Assembly (NCBI GenBank): GCA_010015585.1
Contig: ML975150.1
DNA from: Eremomyces bilateralis CBS 781.70
Taxonomy: Eukaryota
Length of the DNA stretch: 64,000 bases
Reading direction: 5' to 3' (one strand)
Positions 50,038 through 61,580 of this stretch are shown one piece after another. The notes under the pieces were generated by a model, which made no database searches, was not told the origin of the DNA, and worked only from the letters and a program-made list of their open reading frames with translations. The position numbers and the translations under genes are program-made. Every line of letters begins with the position of its first letter. The first letter of the stretch is position 1.

Positions 50038-53000
50038 GGCGATAGGAGGGTACCACCCAGTTGCAACGGGGGAAGTGAGGCCGGAAGGAGTGCAATGATG
50101 CAATGGTGAAGTTAATACATGAGCCTAGCCAAACTCATCTAACCCGGACGCAACCTAAACGGCTTATGGGACGCGGTGCTGGAAATGACGAACGAACGGA
50201 AGACAAGCACAATTGATGTCGGCGTGGCATGAAGGGCACGATCAATGGGAATATGTGGTGATGTAGAATCCGAGGACAAGGTGTTAAGAAATATCGCAGT
50301 GATTGAGGGCTAAAGGAGTTTGATGAGAAGACGGTGTCCCGTACGCAGTTTGATATTATAGAGAACAGGGAGGCATCAGGATATGAACGGGACTTGGGAC
50401 GCGCCGAAAATCCGGAGGAAACAAATGTATCTGAGAGGTCAATGGTCTTAGGTAAGCGATGCTAGTTCTTACGCTAAACCTAGCCAGGTCTGTCACGTGT
50501 AGGGCGCTTGACGACATCAATACATTCGTTGCTTACTCCCTTCTAATGCACTGCCCAAGACGACAATTGAACATACCTTCGCATACAGTTATTCCATGCT
50601 ACCAGAAAGTCTAGATGTTGGACCATGGTTTCCCTGTGGTACACAGGTGGATAAGAGCCGCCATCCCTTAACGCCATCCCGGCATGGTGCTTTTTGAGCA
50701 AAGGAACTCGAGCTTCCATTCAGTGGATTGACAAAATCCAGCGGCATATATTCGAAGGAACAGGAAGGGAATTCAAGCGAGGCAGGTTCTTACCGACCTT
50801 GCAGGATGGTTCGTCCGAGATATTTACGGCGACGCTGGATATGCATATCAAGCAGCGGACCTAGAATATCAAACGCTCATCCGAGCTCTCAACATTGTCC
50901 GTGTTTCACCCGAATTGCTGAGTACTTAAGAAACGGTAATGAAAAATGTGGATGCATTCTTCTACTCGAAGTCATTTTTTCCATTCAAGTCCTATCCTCG
51001 ACCACCAATAAGCTGGAACAAGAAAATCCCGGTTGGAATCGAGATCAATTGCGATCTCACGCATTCAAAAGCAGGGATGGTGCCCACGCGACTCCGTTCA
51101 AGCAAATATGTACCTCTCTAAAATATGGTATCGTACTTCTCACATTTAGCGAGATAGAGTGAGCAAAAAGGGGAAGCGATACCCAGGAAGCCACAAATCT
51201 TTGCGAAATCACCGATCGATCCAAACAGTGCGAAGCGAGGAAAATGGGTAGACCAAACCGGATGATGTACCGTGCTTTTGCAATGGTGATTCTATATTCG
51301 ACTCCAGCAATTGCAATATGGAACTACCTCTTCATGTCTGTCTGGATACAGGAGACGGAGTTAGACATATGAAGAGGTGATTGTCGCTTCCGAAAAACAT
51401 GAGGAACCCTTTCTTTGAATGGTACTTCGACCATTTGAGACGGTCGGGCATATGCATCAATTCAATAACATTGCTCCATTCCTGATATATGTATCCAGGA
51501 CGGAATAAGAACGAGGACATTGAAGAGGATGAAAGTTATGAACTGGCGAGGCGAACACTGCATGTCAGCTGTATGGATTCTCATTTGGCAAGGCGATCGG
51601 GAGATGGCTGAATAGAATGCATAGCGACATCGAAATACGCTACCCGCCCATGAAATCAAAGTCTCCTTTGCGTGTATTTGTCTTGTGGTCGCAGGTCCTG
51701 GGTCCTCCATAGACAAGCAGGATCGAGCGCCTTGCATAGTTGGAGGGTGACACAACTTAGGTTTTGATACCACCAGTCAGGCGAAGGATTGGTTGATCAA
51801 CGTCATATTTGCACGTTCAACATTCGGCGCAGCCTTTGAGATTATTCCGCCGACTTTGCAGGTGACTAAGAGTTTGGCTTCCTCAGGAACCGTCCCTCCT
51901 ATGGTCTACTTTTTGTCGCTGGTCCTAGGATGACCAAAACAGCTTCAAATAAGCGTCAACGGATATCCATCTCGCAGACTTGAAAACAATCAATGCGGCG
52001 AATGGGTCCGGAATTAGACCTCAGTTACAGCGAGAGGGTTCAGTGGAATGGGTCGGGCGCCGTGTCAAAAAAAGGCATTCTTTCATTAGCGAAGGCTCTG
52101 TACCCGGCATCTAAAAATTACGCATTAGCATCGAAGGAGTATGTCTAGGGTATCTAGAATGATGACATCGGATAGCCCGCATCTCTCACCTGCATCACAT
52201 GCCAGACATGACACTTGGGATTAAAAAGCCAGGCTCTGTTTTCTAACCGGATACCGCGATGCGCACCACACGGCTAAATGTTCCCAGAATAGTTTGAAAG
52301 TACCGACAGTTCTCCTGCGCTGGTGGTACCCAGGATACTCGAGTCGCAGTGTTGGGGTCACCGCATTACATTGCGTTGTCTCGGGCGCGAAATCTCTCTG
52401 GTCATGTCATCTAGCCGGCCGAGTTGGACTCCTTATAGGGATAACAACGTTGGTGAAGTATCGGGTGCCATAGGGGTATTATCTTTCGCATCGATTTGAA
52501 CTGCCCAAAGAATGGGGGCTCGAATTTGTCAGATTCCCTGGTCAAGCGCAATGTTTGCGGTATTAATACCCCAATCCCGTCAAGTCGTCAGGCAAATAGC
52601 CCTGAAGTACCGTGTCCCCGGCGACTAGAAAGGCATGCAGGTACGGGAGATAACAGAAAGCGTCCGCAATCGTCGGGGAACTCTTGACGAATAACTGTTC
52701 TTGAAGCCGATTGAACTATCTTCCCTGCCGAGAACTCGCTTACACCATACCGTCGGTGAGTACAGTAAGCACATATCTGTATACATGCAATGTTATTACA
52801 CTCCTTCTGCATTGAGAAGAGAAGACTTCGATGAGGCTCTGATGAAGTTCACAGAGACGGAAAGAACCCAGAGGTTTGATCCCGACCGCAGGAAAAAATT
52901 GACGCCTCGTTTTCTGCTGCCGGTGCAGTCACCGATTCCTCCCCAGTCGAGGCGCGGGAGACGTTTGGATCCATACCAAATGAAAAGGGGCTTGCTGACG

Positions 53001-54565
53001 TTACAGAGTTGTCGGGCATGTCCGATCCAGTCCATCGGGTTCCTAGTATGAGCCATTTTGTGATATTTGTTATGGCATCGACACAGTCCAACGGTTCACG
53101 AGCTGCGAACCATGGATGCTGCATCGTTCCTGCACCCGGCGGCGTAGAAATATCCATGGTGATGAGAATCTGGAAGTTAATGAATTAAGACCAAGGAGTT
53201 TCACTGAATGATATACAAGCACCTAGGTCCTGGGGTCCTGGGCCAAATTTGTGATGATCATCTCCCGTCGTAAACCTGGTTCCTGGGAGCAACCATGGCA
53301 GATCCGTCAATGCGTTACTATCGTAGTGAGCGGCTGAGCGCTAGGATCTACTCGTACTCGAGCTGTCGCCTGTCAGCTGTCAATTGTCCGCGGTCAGTAC
53401 GTACATAAGGGTAACGACAGGTACCTCCCTACGATTTGAGTAAGGACAGTTGAACCCATTTCGTGGGACCGATAACACTCCGTCCATACCACCATGTCGT
53501 CGCATGATGGATCCAAGAACTTGGTCTGGTCATACTCTACTACGTACTAACTCAATCAGCGGCTCGGTTGCCGAGGATGCCACGCGATTTTCACAGTTCA
53601 CTTCTTCAGTAATCACGTCAGCGGCCGAACACCATGATGGACGTCATATTAGCCCGAAGCATGCAAAAATCCACAGCCCGTGGTGGTTCCACAGCGGCAC
53701 CGATCCCGTGTCAGTGCGGGCGCGTTATGGGGGAATCTAAGCGATAGTTCAGTGCTAATTGCTGCGGGCTATGAGCTGCTATCTGACACCTGTACACCGT
53801 GTCACCACTCCCTAGTAAAGTAGGTAAGTATCAAATATTAAGATTCAAGTATCAAGATTCAAGTACGCAGTATCAACTATCGTCTATGAAGTCTTACTAA
53901 CGGCAAACCACAACATCCGCTAATGCATCGCATCTTTCGACCATGTTATTCGTCAGTTTAGTTCGATGCTCGTCCTATCACCGAAAGACGAAAGTTTATT
54001 CTATGTAAGGCTCAGGGATGTGTCCCAACTCCCAAGCACGTTACGCCTTCGTATTAGAACAATGCAACGTCGGACCAATTGCTAGTTAAGGGTTTGCTCC
54101 GGCAGTTCGCTCATTCTCTGGCTTGATCTCGCTTCCATCTTTGAATTGGAATTGCAGACACCCCGTTGCATCGTCAAAGACTTCTATCTAAATACCCCTT
54201 TCTTGGATTCTCGATCTCTAGTTCATTGCACACACCGGAGACACACGGCTGCTGAGTGATGACACTACCGAGAGTTGCTCCTGTTTTGGTGGGGTCTGCA
54301 TCGTGTCGGTACTCGGTAAAGGCCTCTTCCGCAGCCCCGACGAAATCTGAACTGCTGTGATGCAGCGTGGAACCGATGGTCAAGCGATGGCTGTGATGTG
54401 CACTATCTAGTAGATCAGAGGTGGAGAGAGGGAAGATCAGGGAGCCCACTTGCTAGCAAATGGCTGTGGAGTTGAGGGTCTCCATTGAAGATAGGAGACG
54501 GCTTGTTCACGCGATTGATTGGATAAAGATTGGGGTCCCAGAGAAACCAAGACCACGAGGCGAAC

Positions 54566-54632
54566 GACGATTCATTATTCAACGATTCATTATTCAACGA
54601 TTCATTATTCAACGATTCATTATTCAACGATT
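54566..54632 (+). repeat. Tandem repeat, 15-bp unit (ACGATTCATTATTCA) x ~4.5
   Basis: Directly visible and intergenic. Confidence 0.9.
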
Positions 54633-55756
54633 CGAGGGTGATCAAGAGAGCATGGGAAATCCACGAAATACATCAGGTACCACCTACTGTAACTTGCGTA
54701 GTATGCAGGAACCGGAGAGTGGGCAAAGGATCGGGTTAGATAACCGAGAACATAACTCTGAAAGTGGGAATTCTCGCACCCCTCCAATCCTGAAATCCTG
54801 AAATCCTGGGTCATGTCATGGTGGTCTTTCTAATAATATCGGTATTCGGTAATAAGAAATTAACGATTCTTAGTACATAGTATCCCGGCTTCACTAGTCA
54901 CGATTCTATCCCGTGTATCCTGTACCGCACGAGTACATATCGACTAAGGGTGCTGACTGCTGAGTACTCCGTAGTACAGACGTTTCAACCCCGCAACCGA
55001 GGAATGCTTACCCCTTCAATTTTCATCATTCAATGCATGGATCCATCCCCAGTTTTTGGTGCAATCAACTAGTAGAAGCAAGTCCTGAAGAGTAAAGACA
55101 CGCCAGCGAAATCAGGGGCGGTACGCGGTGGTGCCCGCAGCATGTTGCATGATGCAGCTTACGCCGCGCTTAAGTGTCGACCATTGCACAAATTCACAAC
55201 GTGTCTTGGATACATCGATCCTGCAGCGTTGGTTCGAGGGTCCTGACTGCTGAGACGGGGCCCTTGGACCATGACGGCCCTAATACGTTCCAGATCTTCC
55301 AAGGTATCTGGTCTTCTACTCAATACGCCACCTTCTCCCAAACGCTAAACTCTGCTAGGCGCACGGAGATTACCCTCCGATGGGGTTGACCAACAAGCAG
55401 AGAATGAATGGCACAAATTATGGTTTACGATCGTTCTGAGTTCTCCAATGAGTGAACAGAACTGGATCACCACAGGAGGAGGCCGTGGAGCCTGGAGTAC
55501 CCAATCTCACGGAGAGATCTCTGCTAGAATTCCAAACTCGGCCATAGATCATCTGGATTCTGGGCCCTCCTGCGTCCCGAAGTTTTGGCAAACCTTTTGG
55601 TTTCCAATAATTCCATCCAGTACGAAAGGTACAAGTGAATACTAAAATAACGGAACCCACCAACACCTCATACAAATAACAGGACTTGGAAATCAGACGT
55701 GAACCATGTAGAGAATAGGACTCCTCAATGCCCCAACGGGTAAAACCCGAAAAGGC

Positions 55757-55796
55757 AGAGTGACTTCAGAGTGACTTCAGAGTGACTTCAGACTTC
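55757..55796 (+). repeat. Tandem repeat, 11-bp unit (AGAGTGACTTC) x3
   Basis: Directly visible and intergenic. Confidence 0.85.
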
Positions 55797-56376
55797 ATAG
55801 TTCAGACTCTTCATCGTTGTCAGCGGATCGCGACTCCCCCGCAACGACCCCCTCCAAAAGACCTGGATGGCTGGATCCTCACGACCTCGAAAGTCGAAAC
55901 TAACGAGAAAACAATGAACGACCTCCTTCTTTTGCCACGAGGCCATGGTGCCTTTCTAGGTCATCCTTGGGAGTTGGGACCTTGACGAGGCACCGTGCAT
56001 TTAATAGCACGTTCTGTTGCAAAGCCCGATGCACATTCCGTCTCGTGCGGGTTCCGGACTACTTCTCCAGGAAATAGTGGATGACGGGCGTCTACCGTCT
56101 GGTCGTCTGCCGCCGGTGGGCGGTGGGACCAGCTGAACCTTGATCGGCAAACCTTCAACCAGCCATTTGTAGTATTCTCCAGCCGATCAGTATGATGCTA
56201 TCCCTGACGGCCTAGGAAACGCCACATTACTTGGAGTTTTATGCTTTCGAGGGCTCATGTCCTTTACTTAATTCAGTCGTAACCCTGGCTGATATCCTTC
56301 AAACAAATATTGGGCCTTTCAAGCTTCAACATCACCACGACTCCTCCCAGTAGCACATCCATTCTGTGATGCAGAC

Positions 56377-57926
56377 ATGCCTGGAGGTGTTCATCCTCCG
56401 ATATCAGTGGCCAAGTCATGGCCGCAGCCAAACTACATTAATCCCGAAACACGAGGTTGGGGCCTGGTGATATTGGTCGTAGTCCTCTACTTTGTTACCT
56501 TTCTTATCTTCACTGCCCGCTTATGGGCCCGCCTCAAAATTGCAAAGAATGCAGGACTCGATGATGCTTTAATATCCGTGGCTATGGTACGTTGTCGGCA
56601 AGTGTGTCAACGAGGACCGTCTGACTGATCCGTTTCTAGGTCTTCGTGACTGGACTGGCAGTGGGCACATGTCTGGGTCAGTACGATTCGAATGAACACC
56701 GAGACGGTTGGACTGATTTGTATAGGCTCTCGTCTCTACGGGTTTGATCGCCATGTATGGGATTTAAAGCCAGGGCAAGGAATGCAAAGCCGCAAGGTAC
56801 GCATCCTCAGCTTGTCGGTGATGGACAAGTCACTGATTGCGCCAGATGGTGATGGCCCTCGAAGTTTTGTATACGCCTGGCACTGCGATCATCAAGATTT
56901 CCATTCTGTTCTTCTATCGACGAATGTCCGCAGGGTCGATTTCTAAACCATTCTATTATGCCGTATGGGCGAGCATCATCTTCGTCGTCCTTTACATGAT
57001 CGTCTTTACGATTAACATTTTCGTCACCTGCATCCCGATACACGCCTTCTGGCACTCGGTCGATCCGAGGTGGGCCTTAGAAAATGCTGGAAAATATCAC
57101 TGCTTCGATGAAGGAGCCAACCTACTGGCTGCATCCAGTATCAGCGTTTTGCAGGATTTCATCGCATGTGGATTACCAACGATGTTATTCTGGGATTTGA
57201 AATTACCCAGGCGGCAGAAAGTGGCACTCGCATCCATCTTTGGCGTTGGATTCTTGTAAGTGCACCTTGATGGAAGTTAGGGCTCGTACTGACTGAAGTA
57301 GCCTATGTATTACAGGAATCCTTCGCATTCTTGCCATTCGAAAGGTTTACTACAAAACCTACGACGTAACGTGGGCAGCCGAAGAGGTCTGGGTCTGGAC
57401 CGCTGTTGAAACACATCTTGCCGTCATCTGTGCATCCGCGCCTGCATTGAAGGTCTTCTTTAAACGCTACCTGAAAGTCTCCTCGTTTGGAAGCGACCTG
57501 AAGTACACGATCAAACGATCATTTGGCCAGACCGGATCCGAGAAGCCCGATCGGAGTTATGGCCTCTCGTCCACTGTCGGTAAGGGAACCCATCCTTACA
57601 GCTCGCGCCACAAGAGTATTACCGATGACATTGAACTGGGAGGAATTAAGGTGGCTCGAGACATCGACATTCGAGTAGAATCGCACGATGAATCACAATC
57701 CGAATTTGCTATCTCGGGCCGTAGCAGTCAAGAGCATCTCAAACCGACCGTGAAGCCAAATTCGAGCAGGCAACCGAGACTTGCCGACCAATCCAATCCC
57801 AGGACTGTCGCCGGTTCTCATTGGAACGGCAGAGGAGAAGATGGACTGTTCCGGGATGGTCGATTTACCGCAAGACATGATGAGGGACCGAATGCTTATG
57901 GTGGCGCTACTCATCGAGGTTGGTAG
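56377..57926 (+). CDS. Pth11-like integral membrane protein (fungal rhodopsin domain, no CFEM); 5 exons
   Basis: MPGGVHPP...WPQPNYINPETRG, RLWAR...GLDDALI, GFDRHVWD, IKISILFFYRR, C.PI.AFW, QDFIAC.LP...W.LKLPRRQK, WTAVETHLAVICASAPALK. Confidence 0.92.
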
Positions 57927-59964
57927 TCATAAGAGTTCGGATTGACTCTTGTTTCCGGAGTATCCGTCCGACTACGACATGGTCCGACATCGTTACCCGC
58001 AGTGTTGTATGAGAGACTAAATACAGATCAACTCGCCATCCGAATTCGAACGGTGCACGGTCACGATACAACTTGCTGGTCCTTAGTCGACGGTATCGAC
58101 GGCGTCCAGCTTATCGGCTATTTTCAATCGCAAGTCTTCCTATATCTGGACCTGGAGCGCTTCACCTCATGGATTAATCGGATTCTATACATTTGATATT
58201 GTCTAATCCACCCATTTGTGGGTTGCGGATTTTTGGTCGGAATCAATGGTTCATTTCGCATTGGGATTCAGAGCCCGGCGCTTTGGTATACGATTTGGAA
58301 TAGCATCTTTTTTTGGGCGTACTAAGGGGAATTGAAGCCGCGAATTTGGATTACAAAAGAAAAAGGGAAATCTTTCTTGATATTTGGGTTCGACGTCGTC
58401 GAACCGACCTGTCGGAGGCCGGGCCCTATCGTCGTCATTGACCGGGAGGAGTATTTTGCCGCCACGCCGACGTCCGTGGAAGGAGACTGGGCATGAACGC
58501 TATGACAATGGCCCTGATCTTTATTTCTAGATCATTTCGGGAGGCTTTTATGGATTCTCCAAAGTCTCGGAATGGCGATAGAGTTTGGAAGCCGAGTCAA
58601 CTTTGGGGTCCCACAGGCGCATAGCAGCACTGGTGCGCTACATGTACGATGGAGTTGTCAACTGTTCACATCTATCCTGTTTACGATTAATGATGCTCTC
58701 CGAAGACCTGGATGTACATTGAGTTGGTTGAAAGGTTACACGGATTTAATGGAATAATTAAGACACCTGTCTACTCGCACCTGGAATACATTTTAGTTGT
58801 TTATCCACTGATCTCATGCGCTCTGAAATGTCCCTTGCCCCTAAGATGCTGCAGGAACTGAATGACATCCATGATCAACCCCCAGCCCACGACCTAGGGG
58901 CTGTTACTAACACCGAGGTTCGCGCCATGGGTAAGTTACTTCCTCAGGTGCTACCTCCCGATGATGAGGGGTCCAGCGATGTCCTACAGGTAGGTATGCA
59001 ATTTAATTCGGGACTTGTTCCTGGTCTTGGTGCGTTCAGGTCTTCGAACCCTGCTCGTTCGCAACAGGTTATGGGTCACCGGACTTGCCGAGTTCGAACT
59101 TAAACATGGTTCGGCATGACTTTATCCCTAACTGTATTGGCTTGGGGCACAGGGCTAAAGTCATGGCAATATTGCACGGTCTCAGCTTCGTTCTGGAACC
59201 ACTGATATAGATTAAAGCAGGGATTATGGCGATAGAACCCGGATTGCCACGTTGTAGGTGTACATGTAGCCTTCGTGTACTAATACAGCCCTGGAGGCAA
59301 AGCCATGCACCAAGGTATTGCGATTATCAGTTGGACCGGTCGAATTGGAGGTTCTTGGGCTTGACGCATATCTCAGGTCATACCAGGGACTTCGTGGCAG
59401 GAGCTCGGCGGCAGGCAGGGACTCGGTGGAGAGCGAGGGACAATAATAATAAGATATAATCATGATGTGATCGGTTGAAGCCTGGAGTCTGGAGATAAGG
59501 AATTGGAGCCTAAGGAATTGAGAGAGAGAGATTCATACGCCCGTCAGGCCTCTCGGCGAGGCCCATGTGGGGAACTACCTAAGCTGACTAATTACATGCG
59601 TTGGTGCCTTGTGGCCTCGTGCCCCATTTTTCTATCTCCTTCTATCTTCTCTAAGTTAGTTAGTTAACTAACTTAACTTAATTATCTGCTTCTAACATGG
59701 GAAATTACCTAAGGAATTGAGCTGGAGAGTGAGAATAGGATGGCGTGGACGGCAAAGGACTGATGGCACGTGACTGGCATCTGGTCGGCTTCCGGATGAA
59801 CTCCGGATGAACCACGGATGAACGCCGGTCGTGTTGGGCCTGAGGATTCCACGCCGCGATGTTCAACTTCAACCGCTTCAAGGACCATCTCCAGTCCAGG
59901 CTCGGACCCATCCTATCTTCTAAACTTTGCCAAAGCATGTGCTTGGCTCCCAAACTTCCAAACC

Positions 59965-60566
59965 ATGGTCGTTCGAATACGGCTTGCCCGCTTCGGAAAG
60001 CGACACAGTCCTTTCTACAACGTGGTTGTCACACAAGCAAGGTTTTAGCTTCCATCCCGGTCTCAAGATTCGACGCTGACAGTTGGTTTAGAACTGCTAG
60101 AAACAGTAAACCGATGGAAGTTTTAGGTACCAGTGCCTGGCACTTCGAGCATTATGCTTGTTTGGAATCTAGACCTCCTTGCTCACATCATTGCTAGGAA
60201 CATACGACCCGAAACCGAAATCCGCTCTTGACGGGGAAGGACGACAGTTCAAGGACATCAAATTAGATGTTGCGCGCGCAAAATATTGGCTGGGTGTTGG
60301 CGCGCAACCAAGTGATCCGGCACGAGCAATGCTATCGATGGCAAGTCCGGTGCAATGTCTGGCCGCCTGAACATGGCTAATCTGGAGAATAATAGCTTGG
60401 TTTGATCGAACCTAAGCTTTCCTTACTCCAGGCACGAGAATCAGCTGCGAAGGCTGATGCACGGCACCGACTTGCTGCGAAATCTCAGCCTGCACCGGAG
60501 CAAGCGACCGAATTGCCTGAGACGACGGTTCCTAGCTCGGCCACAGCGAAATCCACCGATATCTGA
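59965..60566 (+). CDS. MRPS16: Mitochondrial ribosomal protein S16 (bS16m); exons 59965-60041, 60092-60126, 60198-60340, 60396-60566
   Basis: MVVRIRLARFGKRHSPFYNVVVTQAR|TARNSKPMEVLG|TYDP...RAKYWLGVGAQPSD; the last intron has a GC donor. Confidence 0.94.
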
Positions 60567-61580
60567 ACATCAACCTATTCGGTCTCCCATCAGCATCCAG
60601 GAGTCTTGGTTCTCCTTACCCGGACCGCAGAGTCGAAGAATCCGTGCGGCCGGCCGCTGTATAGTACCATTTTGTATAAATACCATGTCCTTGGCATTGG
60701 AGGAGTTTGGACTACGCCTGGCGGTGTTCAGGCGGACAACAGGGTCAACTCAACACATCGCATCTGATTTCCTTGAATCATCGGGAATTTGACTGCAAGA
60801 GACGTTTGCACGGGACAGTGAGTTGCAGAGTATCTGCGGAACATGTCGGGATTGCATTAGCATTCAATGCTAAACAAATTTCTTCAAATCTCGAATTGCA
60901 TCTGAGCTAGGAATGTGGAAGCTGTCTACCAACTAGAGGAGTGATTCGCCTTTGTCTTGTTGGGGACCCAACTTGTCTCCTTGAAAACGCCACACAAACT
61001 CTGTACCAGAAGATTTGATGCCATACCAGGAGTACATGAATTCTCCATATATCCAGAGTTCTGTTTCTTTCAGTCTGGTATGGGTAGAGGATTAGATTTG
61101 ATTAGATAGAGTCACTGAAGAATGGCAAGGGCATGAATGCGGAACCCGCATTGACAATAATCACGTGATTCCACCATCCAGCGTGTATCATGAAGCTGTA
61201 GGAATCAACATAAGATTAAAGGAATCTCGAATATTTCGCGATTCATTCTATGCTGTTATCATATGCGTCCAGGTCTTGATGCTATAGCTCACAACGCCTT
61301 CTAGATGCTTAGCTGTACTCCGTAGTTGCAAGTATAGCACTCTCTCCAATATGAGCTTCCCAACCTGACATCAGCATAAGTCGTATGCTGAGGGCAGACG
61401 GAAATCCCAATCGACTTTGATGTTCGTGAATGCAATGCATATGGACCTGACTTGCTCGCAATTGCAAATCGACTCTGACCATCATTCATAGATCCTCCTA
61501 CCTGAAGGGAAAGCAATGTTCCACTTCCCTCTACACGATTTCCCTTTAGAGCTCGGTCCTGCTTCGAATGAAGGCGCATT

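Noticed and set aside
50728..53157. Scattered ORFs upstream of EFR3 with faint NACHT-associated-like words (e.g. PFLKYSA on the minus strand)
   Set aside because: Too fragmentary; no Walker motifs or consistent frame.
54566..54632. Regular short repeats superficially like a CRISPR array
   Set aside because: Head-to-tail 15-mers with no spacers, in a eukaryotic context. The overlapping ORFs are repeat artefacts.
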